A DNA stretch of 64,000 nucleotides, taken from assembly GCA_963612025.1 (NCBI GenBank), contig CAVDUB010000008.1, forward strand, positions 4,602-68,601, read 5' to 3'. Within the stretch, counting starts at the first letter, position 1; every line of letters starts with the position of its first letter. Position numbers and translations under genes: made by a program. This document shows, piece by piece, positions 29,308 through 37,873 of this stretch. The DNA is from a bacterium (lineage in GTDB: Bacteria; Bacillota_I; Bacilli_A; RFN20; CAG-288). Below the pieces are notes generated by a model. The model was not told the DNA's origin, did no database searches, and saw only the letters and a program-made list of their open reading frames with translations.

Positions 29308-30023
29308 CACAGGCTGTCTCCTTGGAATTTTGTCAGCGCATCGATGAAGGCTTTCTTCTTCGGTCTTGATATCTGCAATAAATCTTCTCCGACTTTCAGG
29401 GAATTTCCTTGAATGGAATAGGCATAGCAAAGATTGACAAGATAGCAGTTGTTGCAGCGAACAAAGTCTTTATCTTTCAGTTTTTCTTCCATCTGATCAA
29501 GGGATCCTCTTAGGGCGTATATTCCTTCTGTGGAATGGAGCGTGAGACTATGTCCTCTGACTTCTATATAGGTAATTTTAGAGGAAGGAAGCTTGACAAG
29601 GACACCCTTATTGGTGATGGTCAAGAAGATATCCGTATTTTTCTTTATTCTCTTCAAGGCTTTGTTGAAGACCTGTTCAAGAGAAAAATAGGTTATGGGT
29701 TTGACAAGATAGCCGAGAGCTTCCACCTCATATCCTTCTACGGCAAACTGAACCATCGTTGTTACAAAAATTAGAATGGTTTTCTTGTCAATCTTTCGTA
29801 TTTCCCGAGCTAAATCCATTCCGTTGATTTTGTCTTTTTTCAAAAGAATATCCAAAAGGATGATGTCATATTTTCCAAAGGAAAAAGAAGAGAGAAATTC
29901 GTCCGCAGATGAGAAAGCAGTTAGATGAAATTCGATCTTCTTTTCTTTTTGAAACTTGCTTATGAATGTTTCCAATTGATCAGAATAAGCGATTTCATCT
30001 TCGACATAGGCGATATGAAACAT
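29307..30023 (-). CDS. LytR/AlgR (LytTR) family response regulator
   Basis: 238 aa. A REC domain (MFHIAYVEDE..., YDIILLDILL) is followed by a C-terminal LytTR DNA-binding domain (ITYIEVRGHSLTLHSTEGIYALRGSLDQMEEKL...FVRCNNCYLVNL). Confidence 0.9.
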   Translation of the reverse strand: MFHIAYVEDEIAYSDQLETFISKFQKEKKIEFHLTAFSSADEFLSSFSFGKYDIILLDILLKKDKINGMDLAREIRKIDKKTILIFVTTMVQFAVEGYEVEALGYLVKPITYFSLEQVFNKALKRIKKNTDIFLTITNKGVLVKLPSSKITYIEVRGHSLTLHSTEGIYALRGSLDQMEEKLKDKDFVRCNNCYLVNLCYAYSIQGNSLKVGEDLLQISRPKKKAFIDALTKFQGDSL

Positions 30024-30029
30024 ATATGT

Positions 30030-30059
30030 ATTCTATGAAATGGGAACAAGGAATTGCAA
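30030..30059 (-). promoter_or_regulatory. Putative promoter giving a leaderless RR-HK transcript
   Basis: On the minus strand: TTGCAA (30059-54), an 18-nt spacer, TAGAAT (30035-30), then 6 nt (acatat) before the ATG (30023). No SD is present. Confidence 0.45.
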
Positions 30060-30159
30060 CAGGAATCGCCTTCTTTCTTGATTGCTTTCAAAGAGAGGTG
30101 CGACAAAATTTTTAAAAAAATGTTGTTTTTTATGATTCGAAAGTTTAGAATAACCGACG

Positions 30160-30433
30160 TAAAAGCGTTGATGAGGAAGAGTACTCACAGATATTCCGAT
30201 AGAGAGTCCTGGACGGTGGAAGCAGGATGGATAAGGGTGACGAACATGGCCTCTGAGCTGAGAAAGTGAAAGACAGTAGCTTTCTTCGGGTATGCCCGTG
30301 ATAGCAAATGAGTTTAGACGATTGAACTCTCTGAGGCTCTATAGGTGACTATAGAACGAATTAAGGTGGTAACACGGTGAATCCCGTCCTTAAGCACATA
30401 GTTTCTTTATGTGTTTGGGACGGGATTTTTTTT
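30160..30433 (+). promoter_or_regulatory. T-box leader (tRNA-sensing riboswitch) controlling metNIQ
   Basis: Stem I features are present: GA/K-turn-like tgatgaggaagagta, the AGAGAG bulge (30201-06), and the distal GGTGGAAGC. The conserved T-box sequence is gAATTAAGGTGGTAACACGG (30358-77). The terminator is AATCCCGTCC (30380-89)/GGACGGGATT (30418-27) plus a T8 run. The candidate specifier is cGAACAUGG at 30242-50. Confidence 0.85.
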
Positions 30434-30443
30434 GGAGGTGAAA

Positions 30444-31427
30444 ATGGAATCAGAAATCAGAATCGAACATTTGTGCAAAAGCTTTGATTCCCATGTTGTC
30501 TTGGATGATATCTCTCTGGATATCCAAAAAGGAGATATCTATGGTGTCCTGGGGTTGTCCGGAGCCGGGAAGTCCACGCTTGTTCGCTGCATCAATTCGT
30601 TGGAGACATTCGAATCAGGCAATATCTATTTCAAGGAGAAACTTCTCTGTTCTCCTTCGAAAAAAGCAGGAAGGGAGGACAAAAGACAGATTGGCATGAT
30701 TTTCCAGTCTTTCAATCTCCTCGATCAGAAGAATTGCCTTGACAATGTGATGATCGGATTGGAAATCCATAAGGTGGAAAAGAAGAAGCGCAAAGAAATT
30801 GCCATGGAGGCATTACGAAGAGTCGGACTGGAGGAGAAATGGAATTCCTATCCTTCTCAGCTGTCGGGAGGCCAGAAGCAGAGAGTCAGTATTGCACGCT
30901 GCCTTGCCCTGAAGCCGGAGGTGATTCTCTCTGATGAGGCGACAAGTGCCCTTGATGCCGAGAACACGAAATCGGTGCTTTCTCTTCTGCAGTCCCTCAA
31001 TAAGAGCGAGGGCATCACTATCGTGATGATTTCTCATCAGCTCAGTGCTATCGAAGCCATCTGCAACAAGGTGTGTATCTTGGACAAGGCGAAAATAGTG
31101 GAGAATGGAAACATCGACGATGTCTTCCTTTCGCCAAAGGCGGAGATTACAAAACAGCTTCTCTATTCGAATAAAATTCACACGAATCTCGATGAAAAGA
31201 GAATGCTTCGTATCTTATTTGATGGCAATGTGGATGAACCGATTCTTTCCCAGATTGTACTCAATTGCAATGTCATGGTCAATCTCGTCTACGCCGATAC
31301 CAAGGTCAAAGACGGAAAAGTCTATGGACAGACGGTCATTCAGAGGCCTGTGGATGAAAAGGAATATCGGAAAGTTCTTCAATTTCTAGCCCTGAAGAAC
31401 ATCAAAGTCGAGGAGGTGGAATTATGA
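30444..31427 (+). CDS. metN: Methionine ABC transporter ATP-binding protein
   Basis: ATG at 30444 follows a GGAGG SD; the track starts at GTG 30411 inside the T-box terminator. Contains Walker A GLSGAGKST, LSGGQKQR, and a C-terminal NIL domain. Confidence 0.9.
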   Translation: MESEIRIEHLCKSFDSHVVLDDISLDIQKGDIYGVLGLSGAGKSTLVRCINSLETFESGNIYFKEKLLCSPSKKAGREDKRQIGMIFQSFNLLDQKNCLDNVMIGLEIHKVEKKKRKEIAMEALRRVGLEEKWNSYPSQLSGGQKQRVSIARCLALKPEVILSDEATSALDAENTKSVLSLLQSLNKSEGITIVMISHQLSAIEAICNKVCILDKAKIVENGNIDDVFLSPKAEITKQLLYSNKIHTNLDEKRMLRILFDGNVDEPILSQIVLNCNVMVNLVYADTKVKDGKVYGQTVIQRPVDEKEYRKVLQFLALKNIKVEEVEL

Positions 31428-32098
31428 TTGGGTCCGTCAATGTCTTAAAAGCTCTTCTTGAGACCCTTCTGATGTCTCTTCTTGCGTTGGGATTGGCCTA
31501 TCTTGTCGGACTCCCCTTAGGCGTCCTTCTCAAGGTAACCTCCAAGACGGGACTCAAACCCAATCGCTGGGCAAATCTGATCTTGGGAGCTATCGTCAAT
31601 TTCCTAAGAAGCATACCCTGTCTAATCATCACGGTGATTCTTCTTCCGCTGACAAGAGCGCTTCTAGGAAAAGGAACAGGGGAATGGTATACGATGGTCA
31701 TTCCGCTCTTTGTTTCCTCCTTTGCTTATGTGGCACGCATTGTCGAACAATCCTTGACGGATGTGGACAATGGGAAAATCGAGGCTATCCGTTCGATGGG
31801 GGCAAGCGACTTCATGATTGTCCGCAAAGTCCTCATTCCCGAAGCGAGAAGTTCCCTTCTCTTAGGTGTCTGTGTCACTTTTGTCAATATCATCGGCTAT
31901 ACCTCTTTTGCCTACAACATTGGGGCCGGTGGCTTGATTGCTGAGATTTACGCTTACTATATGGGACATTCCAAGAATTTCGAAACAAGCTATGTGTTTT
32001 GGATTCTGATTGTCATCGTCGTGATTCTTGTCGAGGTCGTTCAGGAGTTTGGTTTATATTTAACAAAGAAATTGGATAAAAGGAGAATTCTCAAATGA
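31424..32098 (+). CDS. metI: Methionine ABC transporter permease
   Basis: 224 aa BPD-type permease whose start overlaps the metN stop. Confidence 0.88.
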   Translation: MIGSVNVLKALLETLLMSLLALGLAYLVGLPLGVLLKVTSKTGLKPNRWANLILGAIVNFLRSIPCLIITVILLPLTRALLGKGTGEWYTMVIPLFVSSFAYVARIVEQSLTDVDNGKIEAIRSMGASDFMIVRKVLIPEARSSLLLGVCVTFVNIIGYTSFAYNIGAGGLIAEIYAYYMGHSKNFETSYVFWILIVIVVILVEVVQEFGLYLTKKLDKRRILK

Positions 32099-32922
32099 AA
32101 AAAAGTATTTTATTGCTTCCGTTGTTCGTCTTGTCGTTTACTTCATGCAAACAGGATACATCGCATGTCATCACCATCGCCTGCTCCCAAAAACCGCATG
32201 CTGAAATCCTCAATGGCGTTTGCAAGGAGGATTTGAAAGAAAAAGGATATGAGCTGAAAGTCACTGTCCTCGATTGGTCTATCACCAATGAGGCGACAAA
32301 CAATGGCGAATATGATGGAAACTATTTCCAACATCGTCCGTATCTCCAAAACTATGATGGGGAACAGAGTGTCTATTCGACCTCCTATACTTATAAGAAG
32401 CTTTTTCCAGCCGTCACGGTTCATTTCGAGCCGTTAAGAATCTATGAGGGAAAGAAGAACGCCGCCGAGTTCGCTGCCAACAAAAAGACAGCGACCTATT
32501 GCATCTGCAATGATGTTTCCAATGAAATCAGAGCACTGGATCTCCTAAAGGATGCCGGTGTCATCGATGGCTATGAACTCGACGGGAATAATGCACCAAT
32601 CAATCTCCCGTCAAATATCCATCCTCTTTCTGAATCTGAACTTGCTTTATCCATTGCTGATTATGATTATGGTGTTCTCCCAGTCAATAGCGCTTTGACG
32701 GGTGGATTGGAAGCCAATGAATCTCTTCCGATGGAAAATGATACGGTTGCGGATAAAAACGCCAATGTCCTTGCTTTAAGTGTGACAAAATACAAGGAAG
32801 ATGAAACCTATAAGAAGAAAATGGATGTCTTATGTGATTCTCTTCTGAGCGAAAAAGTGAAGACGTTCATCAAGACAACCTACAAAGGTGTCATCGAAAG
32901 CTATCAAAAAGATTTGAGATAG
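32095..32922 (+). CDS. metQ: MetQ/NlpA family substrate-binding lipoprotein
   Basis: 275 aa with a signal peptide ending ...VLSFTSC (probable lipobox Cys) and an NlpA-family body. Confidence 0.85.
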   Translation: MKKSILLLPLFVLSFTSCKQDTSHVITIACSQKPHAEILNGVCKEDLKEKGYELKVTVLDWSITNEATNNGEYDGNYFQHRPYLQNYDGEQSVYSTSYTYKKLFPAVTVHFEPLRIYEGKKNAAEFAANKKTATYCICNDVSNEIRALDLLKDAGVIDGYELDGNNAPINLPSNIHPLSESELALSIADYDYGVLPVNSALTGGLEANESLPMENDTVADKNANVLALSVTKYKEDETYKKKMDVLCDSLLSEKVKTFIKTTYKGVIESYQKDLR

Positions 32923-32928
32923 AAAATC

Positions 32929-32958
32929 GGGTAGGCAGAAATGCCTATCCTCTTTTTT
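32929..32958 (+). terminator. Terminator after metQ
   Basis: GGGTAGGCA-gaaa-TGCCTATCC is followed by TCTTTTTT. Confidence 0.8.
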
Positions 32959-33024
32959 GATTCTTTTTTCATCCGTTTGCTGATGAAATGCGATAAAATA
33001 GGTTCAATGAAGTAGGAGGTCAAT

Positions 33025-34656
33025 ATGAAACAGCACATTCAAAAAGGAACCGTTCTTTCTGCTCTCCTGAAGGAGGAAAACAGGAAGGATTTCATTTGCG
33101 GAAAAATCAATGGAAAGGTCAGACAGCTCGATTTTGTCTTCGAAAAGGATGGAGACTATGAAATCGAATTCCTCGATCTGAAAGATCCGAATGCCAATCG
33201 CATCTATTCGGCGAGTCTGAGGTATGTGATTTCGATGGCCTGCCATGAGATTGCTCCGAAGATGGATCTTCGTTATTTCTATAATATTTCCAGGGCGATG
33301 TTTGCCAAGCCATCGTCAGGAAGGAATTCTTTCTTTTCACCTTCCTTTGTCGAACAGATTTCCCAAAAGGTGAAGGAATTGATTGATAAGGATCTGAGAA
33401 TCGTGCGATTCCGTATTTCAAAGGAAGAGGCCCTTGAACGTTATAAGAGGCTTGGATTCAAAGATAAAATTGATGTGCTGAAATATCGAAAAGAAAACTT
33501 CGTTCATCTCGATGAATGCAGGGATGGTGATTTTGTCTATGATGATTATCTTTATTCCTTCCTTGTCCCATCGACGGGATATCTGAAAAAATATCATCTT
33601 CGCTACTATACCCCGGGATTTCTCATTCAGGTTCCGCGCTGTGAATGCGAAGGCAGAATTCCGGAATTCAAGGATGAACCGACCTACGCCCAGTCATTGC
33701 AGAAAAGTTATCTCTGGAGCAAGAATATCCAATTGGATACGGTCTTTGGAATCAATCGATTCATCAAAACGAATTCTTCCATGGCCTTCATCAACCTGTG
33801 CGAGGCGAGAGTCAATGATATGATCGCAGAACTTGGAAGAATGATCACGACTTCAGAGACGCCCATCAAGGTCATCTGCATCGCCGGCCCATCTTCTTCC
33901 GGTAAGACGAGTTTTGCCAATCGATTGATGTTCGAACTGATGTCGAAAGCCTTGCGGCCGATCCGAATTTCGATGGATGATTACTTCAAAACAAACGAAG
34001 AGCGTTCGCCCAATGTCTCCCTTGAAAGCGTCGAAGCCCTGAATCTTGACCTTTTCAACCGCCAAATGGATCAACTGATCCGTCAGGAAAGCGTCACTCT
34101 TCCTGTCTATGATTTTGTCACAAAGAAGAGAAGACCAGGAAAGACGATCACCCTGCAGGACAACCAACCGCTGATCATTGAGGGTATCCATGCTCTTGAT
34201 AGCCAGGTTCTTGGAGAAATTTCGCCTTCAGCGAAATTCCGCATTTTTATTGCGCCTCAGCCACAGGTCAATATCGACAATCACTCTCCGATTTCGATGA
34301 CGGATATCCGTCTTTTGAGAAGAATCGCCAGGGATGTCCGTACACGGAATTCCGATGCGACAGAGACAATCCGCATGTGGCCCGATGTTCGCCAAGGTGA
34401 ATTTTCCTATATTTATCCGACTCAGGAAAACGCAGATTATGTCTTTGATTCCTTTGTTCCGTATGAATTTTCCGCTCTAAGAAATATTGTTCTTCCCCTT
34501 TTGGAGAAAATCACACCCGATCAGGAAGAATACCTTCTTGCCTGTCGATTGAAGAATATGGTCCGCTATTTCCTTCCGATTGAAATCGAAGATATCCCAT
34601 GCAATTCCATCATGAGAGAATTTGTGGGTGGTTCCTGCTTCAAAGATGCAAGATGA
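33025..34656 (+). CDS. Nucleoside/uridine-kinase-family protein with an N-terminal ThrRS/TGS-like extension
   Basis: 543 aa. The C-terminal half has Walker A CIAGPSSSGKTSF, LIIEGIHAL and RDVRTRN of the PRK/Udk family. The N-terminal ~270 aa is a non-kinase extension of the type commonly annotated as threonyl-tRNA-synthetase-like. Confidence 0.7.
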   Translation: MKQHIQKGTVLSALLKEENRKDFICGKINGKVRQLDFVFEKDGDYEIEFLDLKDPNANRIYSASLRYVISMACHEIAPKMDLRYFYNISRAMFAKPSSGRNSFFSPSFVEQISQKVKELIDKDLRIVRFRISKEEALERYKRLGFKDKIDVLKYRKENFVHLDECRDGDFVYDDYLYSFLVPSTGYLKKYHLRYYTPGFLIQVPRCECEGRIPEFKDEPTYAQSLQKSYLWSKNIQLDTVFGINRFIKTNSSMAFINLCEARVNDMIAELGRMITTSETPIKVICIAGPSSSGKTSFANRLMFELMSKALRPIRISMDDYFKTNEERSPNVSLESVEALNLDLFNRQMDQLIRQESVTLPVYDFVTKKRRPGKTITLQDNQPLIIEGIHALDSQVLGEISPSAKFRIFIAPQPQVNIDNHSPISMTDIRLLRRIARDVRTRNSDATETIRMWPDVRQGEFSYIYPTQENADYVFDSFVPYEFSALRNIVLPLLEKITPDQEEYLLACRLKNMVRYFLPIEIEDIPCNSIMREFVGGSCFKDAR

Positions 34657-34662
34657 AACAAT

Positions 34663-34695
34663 AAAAAGGTCGCCCCAAGAGAGGCGACCTTTTAT
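34663..34695. terminator. Bidirectional terminator between the kinase gene and csp
   Basis: An A-run, then AAGGTCGCC-ccaagaga-GGCGACCTT, then TTTATT. Confidence 0.8.
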
Positions 34696-34734
34696 TAGCA
34701 TTATCTAAAAAGTAGAAAAGCTAAGTTGCTTGGA

Positions 34735-34935
34735 TTAGTCAGCGAACTTGATGTTGTTGGCTCTGAGACCTTTTTCGGTCGAAGCTGCTTCATAATCAAC
34801 TTTCTGACCGACTTCAGCAGTCTTGAAGCCTTCCATCATAAGTTGGCTGTAATGGAAGAAATAATCCTTGCCATCTTCACCGGTGATGAAGCCATAGCCC
34901 TTTTCTTTGTCGAACTTTTTAACAGTACCCTTCAT
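34735..34935 (-). CDS. Cold-shock protein (CspA family)
   Basis: 66 aa: MKGTVKKFDKEKGYGFITGEDGKDYFFHYS, carrying the RNP1/RNP2 motifs. Confidence 0.93.
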   Translation of the reverse strand: MKGTVKKFDKEKGYGFITGEDGKDYFFHYSQLMMEGFKTAEVGQKVDYEAASTEKGLRANNIKFAD

Positions 34936-35044
34936 AGTCTAAACCCTTTCTTCGCATTGACACTTCAATGCTCTAAAAAATATATCATATTTTGAATTGA
35001 GGTGATATAAAAAATTTTTTCTATTTTCTTGTAAGCGGTTACCC

Positions 35045-37873
35045 CTATTCTCTGAATCCGTCCATGACAGTATGGTTCTTCAGTTTGCCTGAAAGGAGCA
35101 TTCCAATCAAGGTTGTCAAAAGGAAACTGACAAGGAAGGAAATCAGGAATGGTCTTATGGAAAATGAATAACTTGAAAGAAGATCGCTCAGAGTCTTGCT
35201 GAGAATTGTTTCCGTCAGCAGAGAAAGAAATAGGGAACCAACAAATCCGAACAAGCCGATGGATTGACTTAAAAGAAGATAAAAAGCGGAGATTTCCTTT
35301 TTTGTATAGCCTAAGGAAAGAAGAATGCCGATTTCTTTTTTATCCCTATTGATGATGAGATATAAGGAAAGAAGCAAGAGGCAGGAAGCAGAAATCAGAG
35401 ACAATATCGCAAATCCGAGAAAGAGAGAGGAGAGACGATTGAGTGTCTTCTTGATTTCCTGAATCATGAGATACATGGGATACGAGCCACTGTAATCACC
35501 GCATCTTCTGATTCTATCCTGATATTCCTCAATCGTATGGCTTGATAGGTCGGTTTTGAGGATGACTTGTTCGATTCGGGTTTCCTGACAGGTCAACTCT
35601 CCGCAGGAAAAGGAATAGCAGAGTGGGAAAAGACTCTCCTGGTAGATACTGATTTTCTCGGAATCATAAATGCCAGTGATTTTGACGGTCCCCTGCGTGA
35701 ATTCATTTTTATATCTTCCATTGGTCTTTGTCGTGCGATCAAGCGTCAGGGTGCAGAGATTCTTTCCAAGGGCCCCGGTTGCCGAATGAAAAAGAGTCTC
35801 GGCCATCTTCTTTGAGATTCCGATTTCATCATATCTGGATGGATTCTTTCCATAGTAGGGCTTTATGTCTGTTTGATCAAGGCTGATAAAGGAAAGACCT
35901 TCCATCTGATTCATGCTGGTGAGAAGGTCAGCTTTGATCACACCGGGAATCTCTTCGATGAGGGATCCCTGAAGCTGACCGAGATCCTTATCGCTATAGG
36001 CTGATTCATCCTCAATCTGATTGAGTTTTTCCTTGTATTTCGAAAAGAAAAAGGGCTTGGCAAATCCGGAGATATATCCAGAGGCTGTGTAGGTGTAGAC
36101 AGGCGAGGAATAATTGATGCCCTGAATATCTCTTTTATTTTCCTTGATAAAATCCTTTATTTCGTTGAGATGGATTTTTGGGAGATAATCTTTGACAAGG
36201 AAAACATGATTGTGTGTCGCTGGGTCATTCTTTTCATAATAATTCGGGGTCTTGAACATTTGAATCGTATAGTCGTTGGCTTCTTTGTCCTCGAGAAATG
36301 ATTTTAGGAACTCGCCCGATGTGTTTGCTTTCAAGCGATAGCCATCGTATTTCTTCAGTGTCCATGGTTTTTTCTCATCGATGTCGTCTTCGGCATTGAT
36401 TTCCTCGAAATGCATGATGTCGGAAACGAAATGATTGGCAAATGTCTCGCTTGGATTGATGATGTAATTCTTCTTATCCAGGATGATTCCCTTGACACGA
36501 TAGAGATAATCCTGATTGTACCGCCAGTCGGATTTGTCTGCCTGAATGCGGAACTGGACAAGGTTGTTCTCAATCTGACTGGATAATTTTTTGATGTCCT
36601 CCTCTTCCACTTGTCTGATCCGGGTATCGAACATCATGGAATAAAGGACGATGATTTGATTTTCTTCCAAGGCTAGAATGATATCTTCTTCTGACATGCT
36701 CGAAATATCGGCATAAATTGTCTTTTCGATGACTTCTTGCGGCATACGATATTCCAAAAAGGAGTTGAGCGATAATTTTTCGAGATTTAGTGATTTTTTG
36801 TTGAACTGAATGCTTAAGAGTTGGCTGTCATTGAAGATATCGTCAAATCCATTCTGATAAAAGGAAGAGATGCCTAGGATATAGGATGAATGATTTCTTC
36901 TAAGTCTGCTGAGTGTGGCATAATCTGGATTTTCAAAAGAGGTTGAGGATAAGGAACTGTCTTTGTTTGAGACGACCATGCAATTTTCATCCATGTAGCT
37001 TTGCATTGATTTTTGCATTGCTGAGGAGACGTTCAGACTCAGCTGAAAGGAAAAAGAGATGGAAAAAAGGCCAATCATCAGCGCAAAGAGTGTGATGACA
37101 AGAAATTCTTTCTTGATTTTCAGGGCAATCCAAAGAGGATGAAGCATCTCTCTGAAGCCATATTTTCTCCTCTGATAGCTTTCTTTTGTTTCCTTTTTAT
37201 GTGGAAATTCACCTCTTTTCTTCTCATATATTTTCCCATTTCTCATTTCGTAGATTGTTGCGGAACCAGGGATTTCATCCTTTTCATGAGTGATGATGAT
37301 CACAAGCCTTTTTTCACTTTCGCATTTGAGAACCTGTGTCATTTTCTTTCGCAGATCCGCATTGAGGTTCGCAAGTGGCTCATCCACAAGGAGAACTTTG
37401 GATTCTTTTAGGATTCCTCTAGCCAAAGCGATTCTTTTTTTCTCGCCACCGGAAAGATTTTTGAAGAGTTGGTTTTCTTTTTCGGGTAGGCCGACAAGGG
37501 AAAGTGCATGCTTGATTTTCTCATTCTTCTCTTTCTTCGATAAGGAAGTGATGGCAAAAATTTTGAGGAGGTTCTCTTTGACGCTCTCCTTATCTTCGGC
37601 ATGGTAGGATTGGAAGACAAATGAGACATCCTTGAAACGATAACTGGCTTTTTCATCTTGGGTGAATTCCTTCAGGTCTTTTCCATCAAAAAGGATTTTC
37701 CCCTCATAGTCTTCGTCTACGAGACCGAGAAGCTGAATGAATGTCGATTTTCCTGCACCTGATTTTCCGATGAAATAGAATAGGCCGTGACTTGGCAAGA
37801 AAAGAGAGATATCCTTCAAGGTGTCTTCCTTATTGGAGGGGTATCTTTTTCTCAAATGAATGATTTCAAACAT
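35045..37873 (-). CDS. Fused ABC ATPase + FtsX-type permease (MacB-like topology) with a very large extracytoplasmic segment
   Basis: 942 aa. The NBD has Walker A GKSGAGKST, LSGGEKKR and LLVDEPL. It is followed by one TM (FLVITLFALMIGLFSISF), a long hydrophilic region, and a C-terminal FtsX-like 3-TM bundle (...KKEIGILLSLGYTKKEI...). Confidence 0.8.
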   Translation of the reverse strand: MFEIIHLRKRYPSNKEDTLKDISLFLPSHGLFYFIGKSGAGKSTFIQLLGLVDEDYEGKILFDGKDLKEFTQDEKASYRFKDVSFVFQSYHAEDKESVKENLLKIFAITSLSKKEKNEKIKHALSLVGLPEKENQLFKNLSGGEKKRIALARGILKESKVLLVDEPLANLNADLRKKMTQVLKCESEKRLVIIITHEKDEIPGSATIYEMRNGKIYEKKRGEFPHKKETKESYQRRKYGFREMLHPLWIALKIKKEFLVITLFALMIGLFSISFSFQLSLNVSSAMQKSMQSYMDENCMVVSNKDSSLSSTSFENPDYATLSRLRRNHSSYILGISSFYQNGFDDIFNDSQLLSIQFNKKSLNLEKLSLNSFLEYRMPQEVIEKTIYADISSMSEEDIILALEENQIIVLYSMMFDTRIRQVEEEDIKKLSSQIENNLVQFRIQADKSDWRYNQDYLYRVKGIILDKKNYIINPSETFANHFVSDIMHFEEINAEDDIDEKKPWTLKKYDGYRLKANTSGEFLKSFLEDKEANDYTIQMFKTPNYYEKNDPATHNHVFLVKDYLPKIHLNEIKDFIKENKRDIQGINYSSPVYTYTASGYISGFAKPFFFSKYKEKLNQIEDESAYSDKDLGQLQGSLIEEIPGVIKADLLTSMNQMEGLSFISLDQTDIKPYYGKNPSRYDEIGISKKMAETLFHSATGALGKNLCTLTLDRTTKTNGRYKNEFTQGTVKITGIYDSEKISIYQESLFPLCYSFSCGELTCQETRIEQVILKTDLSSHTIEEYQDRIRRCGDYSGSYPMYLMIQEIKKTLNRLSSLFLGFAILSLISASCLLLLSLYLIINRDKKEIGILLSLGYTKKEISAFYLLLSQSIGLFGFVGSLFLSLLTETILSKTLSDLLSSYSFSIRPFLISFLVSFLLTTLIGMLLSGKLKNHTVMDGFRE

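Noticed and set aside
30024-30110. CAACAGG / GAACAAGG motifs upstream of the response-regulator gene, considered as a second copy of the CCTGTCG repeat (autoregulation site).
   Set aside because: The orientation relative to the gene is opposite to that at the GH3 promoter, the spacing is not ~21 bp, and the match is only 5-6 nt.
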